From Acidobacteriota bacterium (GTDB lineage Bacteria; Acidobacteriota; UBA890; WLXD01): a stretch of DNA of 64,000 nucleotides. The notes beneath the pieces were generated by a model that saw only the letters and a program-made list of their open reading frames with translations, was not told the origin of the DNA and searched no databases. Positions 1 through 8,257 of the stretch are shown here, piece after piece. The stretch lies in the NCBI GenBank assembly GCA_965248695.1, contig CBDFKD010000002.1, positions 2,005,201-2,069,200 of the forward strand, given 5' to 3'. The first letter of the stretch is position 1; the number at the start of each line of letters is the position of its first letter. The position numbers and the translations under genes were made by a program.

Positions 1-1261
1 AGAGCCCCAGCAGCACCGCCGGGGCGAAGCAGGCGGCGAACACGGCACCCGACAGCACCGTCAGCGACACGATACCGCCCGGCGGCCGCAACGCAATGAG
101 CGCCGTGATCAACGCGAACAGCGCCACCCACAATCGTGTCCTGCGAAGCTCACCGCCTGCGACTCCACTGCCGCCGAGCACGCTCGCGATATCGCGCTCG
201 GCCGTCGACGCCATCACGAGCAGCACGCTGTCGAGCGACGACATCGCCGCCGCCACCATCGCCAGCAGCAGGAACGCGGTCACGCCAGGGGTAAATACCT
301 CGCCCCCGGTCAGCAACAGCGGGACGACCTGGTCGGTGTCGTCAATTCCACTCGGGTAGATACGCCGCGCGTACAGACCCAGCGGCACCAGCAGCGAGTA
401 GACCAGCGCGAACGACAGCGTCGAGGTCCAGAATCCGGCGCGCACGGCATCGACGCTCTCCAGTGCGTAGAACCGCGACAGCTGGCGTGGCTCGGTGACG
501 AACTTCGCCGTGCCCGCCATCAACACCCCGAGGACGTAGACGAACGGCACAGCGCCATTCCAGGAAAACAGGTGCGCGGTCTCCAGCGAGTCGCGGACCT
601 CGGCGAGGGAGCCCAGTCCACCGGCAGCTCGGACCGTTCCGGTGAACAGCAGCACGGCGGCGACAATCATCACCACACCCTGTACCGCATCGGTCTTGAC
701 CACAGAGATGAAGCCGCCGGCCATCGTGTACGCCACCACGATCACGAACACGACCACGATGGCCGCCTCGTACGGGATCTCCAGGAACACCTGGACCAGC
801 GTGCCGACGCCTTTGAAGACCGCGGTCATGTAGAAGAAGCTGGCGAACAGGACGATCACCGCCGCCACGATTCGGGCGCGTGTGCTTTCGAACCGGAACC
901 CGATGAAGTCGGGAATGGTCAGCGATCCCAACTCCTCCGTGAAGCCGCGCAGCCGCGGCGCCACGCAACGCCACGCCAACGCCGACATGATCACGGTGAG
1001 CGGCGCCAGCAGCAGCCACGCGATTCCCCAGTCGTAGCTCTGTCCAGCGAATCCGATGAAGCTGTTGGTGCTCGAGTAGGTGGCAAAGAAAGAAAGCCCG
1101 AGGGTCACCCCGCCCATCGAGCGACCGCCGACGTAGTAGTCCGCCAGCCCGCGCGTCTCCCGATTGCCCCTCCAGGCATGGTAGGCCAGCATAGCCGTGT
1201 AGAGAGCCAGGAGGAGGTGCACCGGCCAGTACGCCACCAGCGAATCGATGATCGCGCTCAT
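1..1261 (-). CDS. Sodium:solute symporter (SSS) family transporter, 5' part only; the gene runs off the window edge
   Basis: Read manually from the reverse complement: an open frame from ATG at 1261 through position 1 with no stop, translating MSAIIDSLVAYWPVHLLL...YYVGGRSMGG...YSSTNSFIGFAGQ... and many TM-like hydrophobic segments. It is absent from the ORF track because the frame has no stop inside the window. The start lies 1 nt after the stop of the upstream CoA ligase. Confidence 0.7.
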   Translation of the reverse strand, partial: MSAIIDSLVAYWPVHLLLALYTAMLAYHAWRGNRETRGLADYYVGGRSMGGVTLGLSFFATYSSTNSFIGFAGQSYDWGIAWLLLAPLTVIMSALAWRCVAPRLRGFTEELGSLTIPDFIGFRFESTRARIVAAVIVLFASFFYMTAVFKGVGTLVQVFLEIPYEAAIVVVFVIVVAYTMAGGFISVVKTDAVQGVVMIVAAVLLFTGTVRAAGGLGSLAEVRDSLETAHLFSWNGAVPFVYVLGVLMAGTAKFVTEPRQLSRFYALESVDAVRAGFWTSTLSFALVYSLLVPLGLYARRIYPSGIDDTDQVVPLLLTGGEVFTPGVTAFLLLAMVAAAMSSLDSVLLVMASTAERDIASVLGGSGVAGGELRRTRLWVALFALITALIALRPPGGIVSLTVLSGAVFAACFAPAVLLGL

Positions 1262-1262
1262 C

Positions 1263-2828
1263 TCATCGGGATCCCGTGAAATACGGCCGCAGCGCGGGCT
1301 TGGTCACCTTGCCCATCGAGTTACGCGGCAGCTCCTCGAGGTAGTGCAGGTGGCGCGGCACCTTGTAGGGAGCCAGCCGCTCCTTGCACCAGCCTCGAAT
1401 CGCTTCTGTGCTTGGCGGGTCGCCACCGGCAACGACGACCGCGGCGCACACGCGCTCGCCCCACTCCTCGTCAGCGACACCAACTACGGCCACGTCGGCG
1501 ACATCGGCATGCTGGCGCATGGTCTCCTCGATCTCCAGTGCGGAGACCTTGTATCCCCCGGTCTTGATGATGTCGACGCTGCGGCGCCCGAGAATACGGA
1601 AGTAGCTCCCGTCCAGCTGGCCCTCGTCGCCGGTCATGAACCAGCCGTCTCGGAACGCGGCCGTGGTCTCGTCGGCACGGTGCCAGTACTCATCGAACAC
1701 CTGGGGGCCGCGCACTTCGATATGCCCGGAAGTCCCGGGCGCCACCTCGGCACCGGCGCGATCCACGATGCGCACGTCGACGCCGGGCAATGGCTGTCCC
1801 ACCGTGCCGGCACGGCGCTCGCCTTCGAGCGGGTTCGACAGCGCCATGCCGATCTCTGTCATGCCGTAACGCTCCAGCAGACGCTGTCCGGTGATCTCCT
1901 GCCAGCGTTCCATCGTCGCGGCCGGCAACGCCGCGGACCCGGAGGTCATCAAGCGCAGGCCAGCCGTACCGCGCGACCAGCGCGCTCGGACCTCGGCCGA
2001 GGCGTGCTCCCAGGCGCCGATCAGACGTCCATAGATCGTCGGGACGGCCATGAAAACGGTGATGTCGCCGCCTGCCAATCGCTCCCAGACCACGTCGGCG
2101 TCGAACGGCGCGGAGAACTCGCAACAAGCGCCCGCCCACAGCGCTGTATCCATCGCTACGATGATCCCGTGCACGTGGTGCAAGGGCAGCACATGCAGGA
2201 TGCGATCGTCGGGCCGCCAGCCCCAAGCCCGCGCCAGCGCCGTCATCTGCGCCTGGACCATCGAGTGCGTCGTCACGACCCCCTTCGGCGCGCCCGTCGT
2301 GCCGCTGGTGTAGACCATCAGCGCCGGGCGCTCGGCGGCCACCTCCGGTAACGGTCTCACCTCGGCCTCATCGCGCAGCCGGCGCGTCTCCAGGAGTCCG
2401 ACTCCCGCAGCGTCGGCAATGTCGCTCAACCGCACCGCCCCGGTATCAGAACCGATCAGAGCAACAGGCTCACAGTCGGCAACGGCACGCTCGAGCTCGG
2501 GCTGCGGGTGCGACAGAGCCAGCGGCACAGCCACCCCGCCGGCGCGCCAAATGCCCCACTGCACGGCTACGTGATCGACGCCCGGCGGCTCGAGAAACGC
2601 CACCCGCTGCTCGCCCAGGTCGCTCTTTTCACCCAGCAGGGCAGCTGCGATCGCTGCCGAACGTGCCAGCAGCGCTGAATACGTCGCTGTTCCACCCGTT
2701 CCGTCGACCGCCAGGCGATCACCGAAGCTCCCGGCTCTGCGAGCAAGCTCCAATCCCATGGGCGTAGACTCTACACACGCGGCACCGACTGGGTTCGATC
2801 CAGCCCCGGCGTCGAACACCTCTGACAC
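1263..2828 (-). CDS. AMP-dependent acyl-CoA synthetase/ligase (ANL superfamily; malonyl-CoA synthetase-like)
   Basis: Track ORF of 521 aa. Motifs seen: YTSGTTGAPKGV (AMP-binding P-loop), RYGMTE, GHIEVRGPQVFDEYW, TGDEG, KTGGYKVSALEIEE and a C-terminal PRNSMGKVTK. The start may instead be the internal M (MGLELARR), about 69 nt downstream. Confidence 0.85.
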   Translation of the reverse strand: MSEVFDAGAGSNPVGAACVESTPMGLELARRAGSFGDRLAVDGTGGTATYSALLARSAAIAAALLGEKSDLGEQRVAFLEPPGVDHVAVQWGIWRAGGVAVPLALSHPQPELERAVADCEPVALIGSDTGAVRLSDIADAAGVGLLETRRLRDEAEVRPLPEVAAERPALMVYTSGTTGAPKGVVTTHSMVQAQMTALARAWGWRPDDRILHVLPLHHVHGIIVAMDTALWAGACCEFSAPFDADVVWERLAGGDITVFMAVPTIYGRLIGAWEHASAEVRARWSRGTAGLRLMTSGSAALPAATMERWQEITGQRLLERYGMTEIGMALSNPLEGERRAGTVGQPLPGVDVRIVDRAGAEVAPGTSGHIEVRGPQVFDEYWHRADETTAAFRDGWFMTGDEGQLDGSYFRILGRRSVDIIKTGGYKVSALEIEETMRQHADVADVAVVGVADEEWGERVCAAVVVAGGDPPSTEAIRGWCKERLAPYKVPRHLHYLEELPRNSMGKVTKPALRPYFTGSR

Positions 2829-2957
2829 TGGGTGACCAGCACCTCGGGCAGCAGCTCGAGACCGTTCCCGGTCTCACAGCCGCGCTGTTGTACTCTCGCT
2901 GGTGCTGCGGATAGATTGCACAGGTGCTCGCAAGCCGTGAGCCTAGGAGCTCGTCCG

Positions 2958-5276
2958 ATGAAGCGGTCCCGCCACGCCGTTCTGACCTTTGCGCTGCTGT
3001 TGTTACCATCCGCAGTCGCACTGTCCTCCTCGAAGGGCGCGATCGCGGCGATCCATCCGGACGCCATGGCCCATCCCGGGCTCGGTATCGTCCAGGAAGC
3101 CCTCCCGGCTCAGGCGCCGCTGTTCCGTAGCGCCGTGACACGGGTGCGTGTCGACGCCATCGTCACCGACGACGACGGCAATTTCGTCGACAACCTTTCT
3201 CGGGAAGATTTCCGAATCTCCGAGGACGGCGTCGAGCAGCAGATTCTCAATGTTCAGCTGGTAGACCTTGATACCGGCGAAACGGTCGACGTGGGTTCGC
3301 AATCTGCCGCCCACGTGCGCACTAGCTCGAGTGCCGGCGGCAACGATGCGTACGCGGCAGGTGCGGAGCCCACACCGATCGCCAGAACGCCCGGCACGCT
3401 CGGTGCGATCGTCTACCTGGTCGACCTGCCGAGCCTGGATCCGAAAAACAAGCCCAGGCTGGCCGAGACTTTCACCGACTTCATCAAGGGTTCCGAGACA
3501 CTGCACGTTCCGCGTAGCGTGTTCATGATCGACCAGCATGGCCAAGTGCAGGAGCTCGCCCCCCTGACCGCCGATCGTGACGTGCTACGCGAGGCGGCCA
3601 AGAAGTTGTCTTCGGCCAGGCTGACACGCAAGACCATCTTCACGCGCATGACGACGGACTACGAGCCCATAATGGAGCTGGCGATCGAGGCCGTGAACTC
3701 CGCCACCTCGGGCGCCGGTTTCGTACGGGGGACACCGAACCTAGTTAATGTAAGAGTGCGCGAGATCGTCGGGAACCTGGAAGAACAGGCGCGGCGAGAC
3801 GGTGATCTGGAGCGCGATCGGGGTGAGGCGACACTCACCACCCTTCTCCGCTTCACCAACGCCCTGTCGGCCATGGAGGGGCGCACGGCGCTGGTGTGGA
3901 TCTCCTCCGGGGCGCTGCTCAGCGAGGGCGGCCCATACCAAGCCTACGCTGCCGCCGTCCGCGAGGCGGTTGGCGTAGAGGCCGGCCGGTCGCAGCTCGG
4001 TCGCGCGGCGCCGAACCGTCGCATCCTCGACCTCATGGACGAGCTCTACGAGGTGGCGAACACCGGCAACGTGAGCATCTATACGGTCGACCCGCGACCG
4101 ATCTCCGAGCTCAACAACCTTGGAACCGGCGCGGAAGTCGGCAACAACCTGGTCTCGCAGGCACTGCGTCGGCACGTCCGGCCAGCCTACCGCGATCTCA
4201 CCGCGCCGCTGCACGACGTTGCCAACAAGACCGGTGGGCGCGCGTTCATCGGCTGGAGCAACCTGTCGGATGCGTTCACGCAGCAGGCCGACGATGCGAG
4301 CCGTTTCTACCTGATCTTCTACGAGCCGCCGGCGCCACACGCCGACGGCGAGTACCACGAGATCGAGGTGACGCTGAACAAGCCGGACTTGGGCATCCGC
4401 GCCCGATCCGGCTACCGGGATCTGCCGGATTCCGAGCTCAAGATCCGCAAGATCGCCGCCGCCCTGGCGCTGCCCGGCTCGATGATGGGCCGCCCGGTTC
4501 CCACCGCAGCGTACCAGCGCTTCACCGATGAAGGCACGCCGACCATTCTGCTGGTGGCCGGTCTGCCGCTGCCGGCGGAGTCGGTCAACGGCAGCTGGGC
4601 CCCTGCATTCGGAGGCCTCGATATCTCCGGGCCGACGCCGGCCGCCGAGGGCGGCTGGCTGGAGGCGGGCGGAATCCCGTACTTCCGCGTCCACGCCATC
4701 GCTCTGAACCGCGCCGGTATCGTCGGCGGCGAGAGCCACGAGGTGGTGCAGGCGAGGCCAGACCTGTACCGCTATGCACCCGACGCTGCCTTCCGTCATT
4801 TCCGCTACACCACCGAGTGGAATGTCGAGCCCGGCGAATACAATCTGCGCATGGTGGTGGCCGAGGACGGCGGCGACCGCGTCGGGACGGCACGTCTCAA
4901 GGTCGAAGTACCTTCGTCAGACGACGGCTGGGGAATGGCCGACCCGATGCTCGTGGCAGTGGATCGGCGCGGACTGACGCCGCTGCTGGGGCAGGGTGTA
5001 CCGGAGGGCATGCCGATTGCGGCCAGTGTCCAGGTCGTGCATGGCATCGAACCGTTCGTGTCGGCGGCGATCTTCCGGCGCGATGCGCGCCGGTCGGTTG
5101 CGGATGTGGCCGGGCAGTCGCTGCCACCGGTCAGCCTGACGCTGCATCGAGGGGCGCTGCACCTGCCATCCAACCTCGAGCCGGGCAACTACCTGGTGGA
5201 GGTGCGGGTCATCGACGCCGACGCCGACGGACAGGCGATTCGGCTGCTGCCACTGCAGATAATCGCTGGCAACTAG
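2958..5276 (+). CDS. Secreted VWA-type protein with a 'VWFA-related Acidobacterial domain'-like N-terminus and C-terminal beta-sandwich repeats
   Basis: Track ORF 2832..5276. The likely start is M43 (MKRSRHAVLTFALLLLPSAVALSS), which gives a signal peptide. The N-terminal motif VTRVRVDAIVTDDDGNFVDNLSREDFRISEDGVEQ matches the Acidobacteria-expanded VWFA-related family as I recall it. Confidence 0.65.
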   Translation: MKRSRHAVLTFALLLLPSAVALSSSKGAIAAIHPDAMAHPGLGIVQEALPAQAPLFRSAVTRVRVDAIVTDDDGNFVDNLSREDFRISEDGVEQQILNVQLVDLDTGETVDVGSQSAAHVRTSSSAGGNDAYAAGAEPTPIARTPGTLGAIVYLVDLPSLDPKNKPRLAETFTDFIKGSETLHVPRSVFMIDQHGQVQELAPLTADRDVLREAAKKLSSARLTRKTIFTRMTTDYEPIMELAIEAVNSATSGAGFVRGTPNLVNVRVREIVGNLEEQARRDGDLERDRGEATLTTLLRFTNALSAMEGRTALVWISSGALLSEGGPYQAYAAAVREAVGVEAGRSQLGRAAPNRRILDLMDELYEVANTGNVSIYTVDPRPISELNNLGTGAEVGNNLVSQALRRHVRPAYRDLTAPLHDVANKTGGRAFIGWSNLSDAFTQQADDASRFYLIFYEPPAPHADGEYHEIEVTLNKPDLGIRARSGYRDLPDSELKIRKIAAALALPGSMMGRPVPTAAYQRFTDEGTPTILLVAGLPLPAESVNGSWAPAFGGLDISGPTPAAEGGWLEAGGIPYFRVHAIALNRAGIVGGESHEVVQARPDLYRYAPDAAFRHFRYTTEWNVEPGEYNLRMVVAEDGGDRVGTARLKVEVPSSDDGWGMADPMLVAVDRRGLTPLLGQGVPEGMPIAASVQVVHGIEPFVSAAIFRRDARRSVADVAGQSLPPVSLTLHRGALHLPSNLEPGNYLVEVRVIDADADGQAIRLLPLQIIAGN

Positions 5277-5335
5277 TGGACTGCAACGGCTGAACGTTTA
5301 GTACAGCGGCGAGAGCGCGGCGCCAGGCGGGGCGT

Positions 5336-6568
5336 CTAGGAAGCGCCCTGGCCCGGCTCCGTGGCGTTTACCAGCGCCCCCATGTTGCCGTAGGGGTGCC
5401 GGTTCTCGTGCATCTGCTGGTGCGCCTCGCCGATCTCGTCGAACGCGAACGTGTGCGACAGACACGGGTCCACCTTCTTGTCGATGATCAACTGGTTGAC
5501 CGCTGCCGCCTGCTCGTCGTTGGACAGGTGGCTACCCTGGAAACGCTTCTGGCGCATCCAGTGATAGCGCAGGTCGAGCGTGGCGTTGTATCCAGTCGTG
5601 CCCGCACAGATCACCACCATGCCTCCGGTGGAGGCAACGAAGATCGAGGTCGGGATCGTCGCCTCACCCGGGTGGTCAAACACGATCGTCGGGCTCACTC
5701 GCTCTCCGGCGGCTTCCCAGATCGCCTTGCCGAAACCTCGCGCTCCCTTCGCCCAGGCGCCGTACTCCGGCGTGTTGGTGTCGGGCATCACCCCCCAGTG
5801 GTCGAAGTCCTTGCGGTTGATCACGCCGATGGCGCCGAGCCGTTTGCAGAACTCGACCTTGTCGTCGTTGGAGACCACCGCGATCGGACGGCCGCCTACA
5901 GCCGCGGCGATCTGGATCCCCATCGAGCCGAGGCCCCCGGCCCCGCCCCAGATCAGCACGACATCGTCAGGCTCGACGACGTTCGGCGCCCATCCCATCA
6001 GCATTCGGTAGGCGGTCGAGGCGCATAGCATGTAGCAACCCGCCTGCTCCCAGGTGAGATGCTTCGGTTTCGGCTGACACTGGTGCGCCTGCGCCTTGGC
6101 GAACTGGCAGAAGCTACCGTAGTTGGTCTGGTAGCCCCAGATCTTGGTGCTCTCGGCCAGCATCGGATCGCGTCCCGACAGCACCCATGGATCCTCCGGG
6201 TGCCACCAGCCGCTGTGAACCACCACCTCGTCGCCGGGGCTCACGTTGGTAACCTGGTCGCCGACCTTCCAGACGATCCCAGAGCAGTCGCTGCCCCCAG
6301 CGTGAAAGTCCTCCGGCTCACCGGCTTTTTGGCGCACCGCGATCACATCGAGCGGCTTGCCTAGCGCCGCCCAGACGTTGTTGTAGTTGATGCCCGTCGC
6401 CATGTTGTAGATCAGTACCTCGTCCGGGCCGATCGCGGGCGTCGGGATGACCTCGGGCTTGAACGCGTCGCGAGGCTCGCCGAAACGGTCCTGCCGGATG
6501 ATGCAGGCGTGCATCTCTTCGGGAACCTCACCGAGTGGCGGACGTTCTCCAAGCTCACAGATCTTCAT
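5336..6568 (-). CDS. ccr: Crotonyl-CoA carboxylase/reductase family enoyl-CoA reductase (MDR superfamily)
   Basis: Track ORF 5336..6625, with the start moved to M20 (MKICELG). Ccr-like blocks seen: [52 protein letters not shown]. The length of about 410 aa is typical of the family. Confidence 0.8.
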   Translation of the reverse strand: MKICELGERPPLGEVPEEMHACIIRQDRFGEPRDAFKPEVIPTPAIGPDEVLIYNMATGINYNNVWAALGKPLDVIAVRQKAGEPEDFHAGGSDCSGIVWKVGDQVTNVSPGDEVVVHSGWWHPEDPWVLSGRDPMLAESTKIWGYQTNYGSFCQFAKAQAHQCQPKPKHLTWEQAGCYMLCASTAYRMLMGWAPNVVEPDDVVLIWGGAGGLGSMGIQIAAAVGGRPIAVVSNDDKVEFCKRLGAIGVINRKDFDHWGVMPDTNTPEYGAWAKGARGFGKAIWEAAGERVSPTIVFDHPGEATIPTSIFVASTGGMVVICAGTTGYNATLDLRYHWMRQKRFQGSHLSNDEQAAAVNQLIIDKKVDPCLSHTFAFDEIGEAHQQMHENRHPYGNMGALVNATEPGQGAS

Positions 6569-6729
6569 CGAGGTCTCCTGACCGAGGCGGTTCTCAAGCC
6601 TTGCAAACGAGCGGGCTCCGGCCACACGCCAGCACGGCGGTGGCTCTTCTCATATCGCCGTTCGGCGCGCCGATGTCAAGTCGGCACCAGCGTCGGGTCC
6701 GGCCTCCGACACCTGCTAGGGTCCCTCCC

Positions 6730-7542
6730 ATGCGTGCATCCAACCCCACAGAGGCCCTCGAGGCGGTGCTCCGCAACGACCGGATGCTCGTGTTGGGCGG
6801 GTTGATTGTCGGCTCGCTGCTGGCCTGGGCCTACACCGTCATGCTGGCCTCGCGCGAGCTTCCACACTTGCACGGGGGGCACATCGGCGTGGCCCGGACG
6901 CTCGCCTGGGATCCGGCAGACGTGGGGCTGCTGTTTGTCATGTGGGCGGTCATGATGACCGCGATGATGGTTCCGACCGCGGCACCGATGGTGCTGGCCT
7001 TCGCCAAGATAAAGCGCCAACAAGACCCCGACATGGGACTCTCGTCGCCGGTCATCGCGTTCGTGCTGGGCTACGTTGCTGTGTGGACTCTGTTCAGCGG
7101 TCTGGCAACCGTCGTGGAGTGGCGGCTTCACGTCACTGCGCTCGTGACCGACGACGGCGCCGCGGCCAATCCGCTCTTCGGCGGACTGCTCTTGCTCGCC
7201 GCTGGCCTCTTCCAGTGGACGCCCTTGAAACACGCCTGTCTCAGACACTGCCGATCACCGCTGGCCTTCTTCATGACCAGCTGGCGCGACGGCTGGCGCG
7301 GCGCCCTGGCCATGGGACTCGAGCACGGGATCTACTGCGTCGGTTGTTGTTGGGCGCTGATGGCTCTGATGTTCTTTGCCGGGGTGATGAACTTGCTATG
7401 GCTGGCGGCCATCGCCGCCTTTGTCTTGCTGGAGAAGATCACCCGAGCGCCGCAGCTGGTGAGCTATGCGGGCGGCGTCCTGCTGACGGCCTGGGGCCTG
7501 TACCTGATCAGCCTTGCTGTTGGGCAGGTGCTAATCTCCTGA
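6730..7542 (+). CDS. DUF2182-family integral membrane protein (predicted metal-binding)
   Basis: Track ORF 6535..7542, with the start moved to M66 (MRASNPTEAL). It is a multi-TM protein with the conserved CCWALMALMF region. This family is characteristically paired with DUF1326. Confidence 0.65.
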   Translation: MRASNPTEALEAVLRNDRMLVLGGLIVGSLLAWAYTVMLASRELPHLHGGHIGVARTLAWDPADVGLLFVMWAVMMTAMMVPTAAPMVLAFAKIKRQQDPDMGLSSPVIAFVLGYVAVWTLFSGLATVVEWRLHVTALVTDDGAAANPLFGGLLLLAAGLFQWTPLKHACLRHCRSPLAFFMTSWRDGWRGALAMGLEHGIYCVGCCWALMALMFFAGVMNLLWLAAIAAFVLLEKITRAPQLVSYAGGVLLTAWGLYLISLAVGQVLIS

Positions 7543-7568
7543 GTCGAGAATCGGCAACGGGAGGAGAC

Positions 7569-8180
7569 ATGGCCGCACGCTGGAGAATTCGTGGCGAGAT
7601 CGTGTTGAGCTGTAACTGCGACGTCTTCTGCCCCTGCGTCGTCTCGCTCGGCACCGCCGAGCCCAGTCACGGTGTCTGCCACACCTGGTACACGATCAAT
7701 ATCCACGAGGGCAACGCCGGCCGGCTGAAGCTCGACGGCCTCAAGGTGGCGGCATTGATGGATGTACCGGGCGCGCTCGCCGAAGGGGGCTGGACCGTAG
7801 CGCTCTACATCGACAAGAAGGCGACCCCGGCAAAGGCCAAGGCGCTCGAGCAGATTCTCTCTGGCAAGGCAGGAGGCCCGGTCTCGTGGTTCTCGATCAT
7901 GATCGCGAACTTTCTCGGTACCAAGCGAGTGCCGATCAGCTTCGAGAAAGAGGGGCGTGGCTGGCGTATCGGCATCCCCAAGATCATCGATGGCCACGTG
8001 GAACCGATCAAAGGCCGCAACGGCAAGGGCGTCACGAAGGTCACCAACAGCGCCTATTGGATGTCTCCCGATATCGTCGTGTGCCAGGGAACCGTGAGCA
8101 AGTTCCGGGATTGGGGACGCAACTGGAACCTCACCGGCCAGAGCGGTGAGTACGCCAAGATCGACTGGGAAGGGCCCTAG
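7569..8180 (+). CDS. DUF1326-family protein
   Basis: It lies in frame inside track ORF 6942..8180, starting at MAARWRIRGEIVLSCNCDVFCPCVV (203 aa). The cysteine cluster CNCDVFCPC is typical of DUF1326. It sits immediately downstream of the DUF2182 gene. Confidence 0.65.
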   Translation: MAARWRIRGEIVLSCNCDVFCPCVVSLGTAEPSHGVCHTWYTINIHEGNAGRLKLDGLKVAALMDVPGALAEGGWTVALYIDKKATPAKAKALEQILSGKAGGPVSWFSIMIANFLGTKRVPISFEKEGRGWRIGIPKIIDGHVEPIKGRNGKGVTKVTNSAYWMSPDIVVCQGTVSKFRDWGRNWNLTGQSGEYAKIDWEGP

Positions 8181-8257
8181 CAGGTCGTGGTGAAAGTGTG
8201 GTGGGTCTGGTTACGGCGAGTTGGGGGACCAGTGGAGGACCCGCCCCGCCGGGTTTG

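Noticed and set aside
342-1279. Track ORFs 342..1019(-), 572..1279(+) and 642..833(+) as the genes of the first 1.2 kb.
   Set aside because: Manual translation of the minus strand gives a continuous SSS-transporter frame from 1261 to the window edge. It is missing from the track only because it has no stop in the window. The listed ORFs are overlapping-frame artefacts.
2786-2802. A tRNA T-loop-like decamer ggttcgatcc, which could hint at a tRNA gene.
   Set aside because: It lies inside the well-supported CoA-ligase CDS. No acceptor-stem complement, D-arm or anticodon arm could be built around it. The T54 position would be G. A single 10-mer match is expected by chance in 64 kb.
5336-6568. 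Calling the locus an ethylmalonyl-CoA pathway cluster because of Ccr, nearby CoA ligases and PEPC.
   Set aside because: No ecm, mcd, mch or mcl genes are adjacent. The CoA-metabolism genes are scattered in separate operons. The evidence supports only an isolated ECR-family gene.
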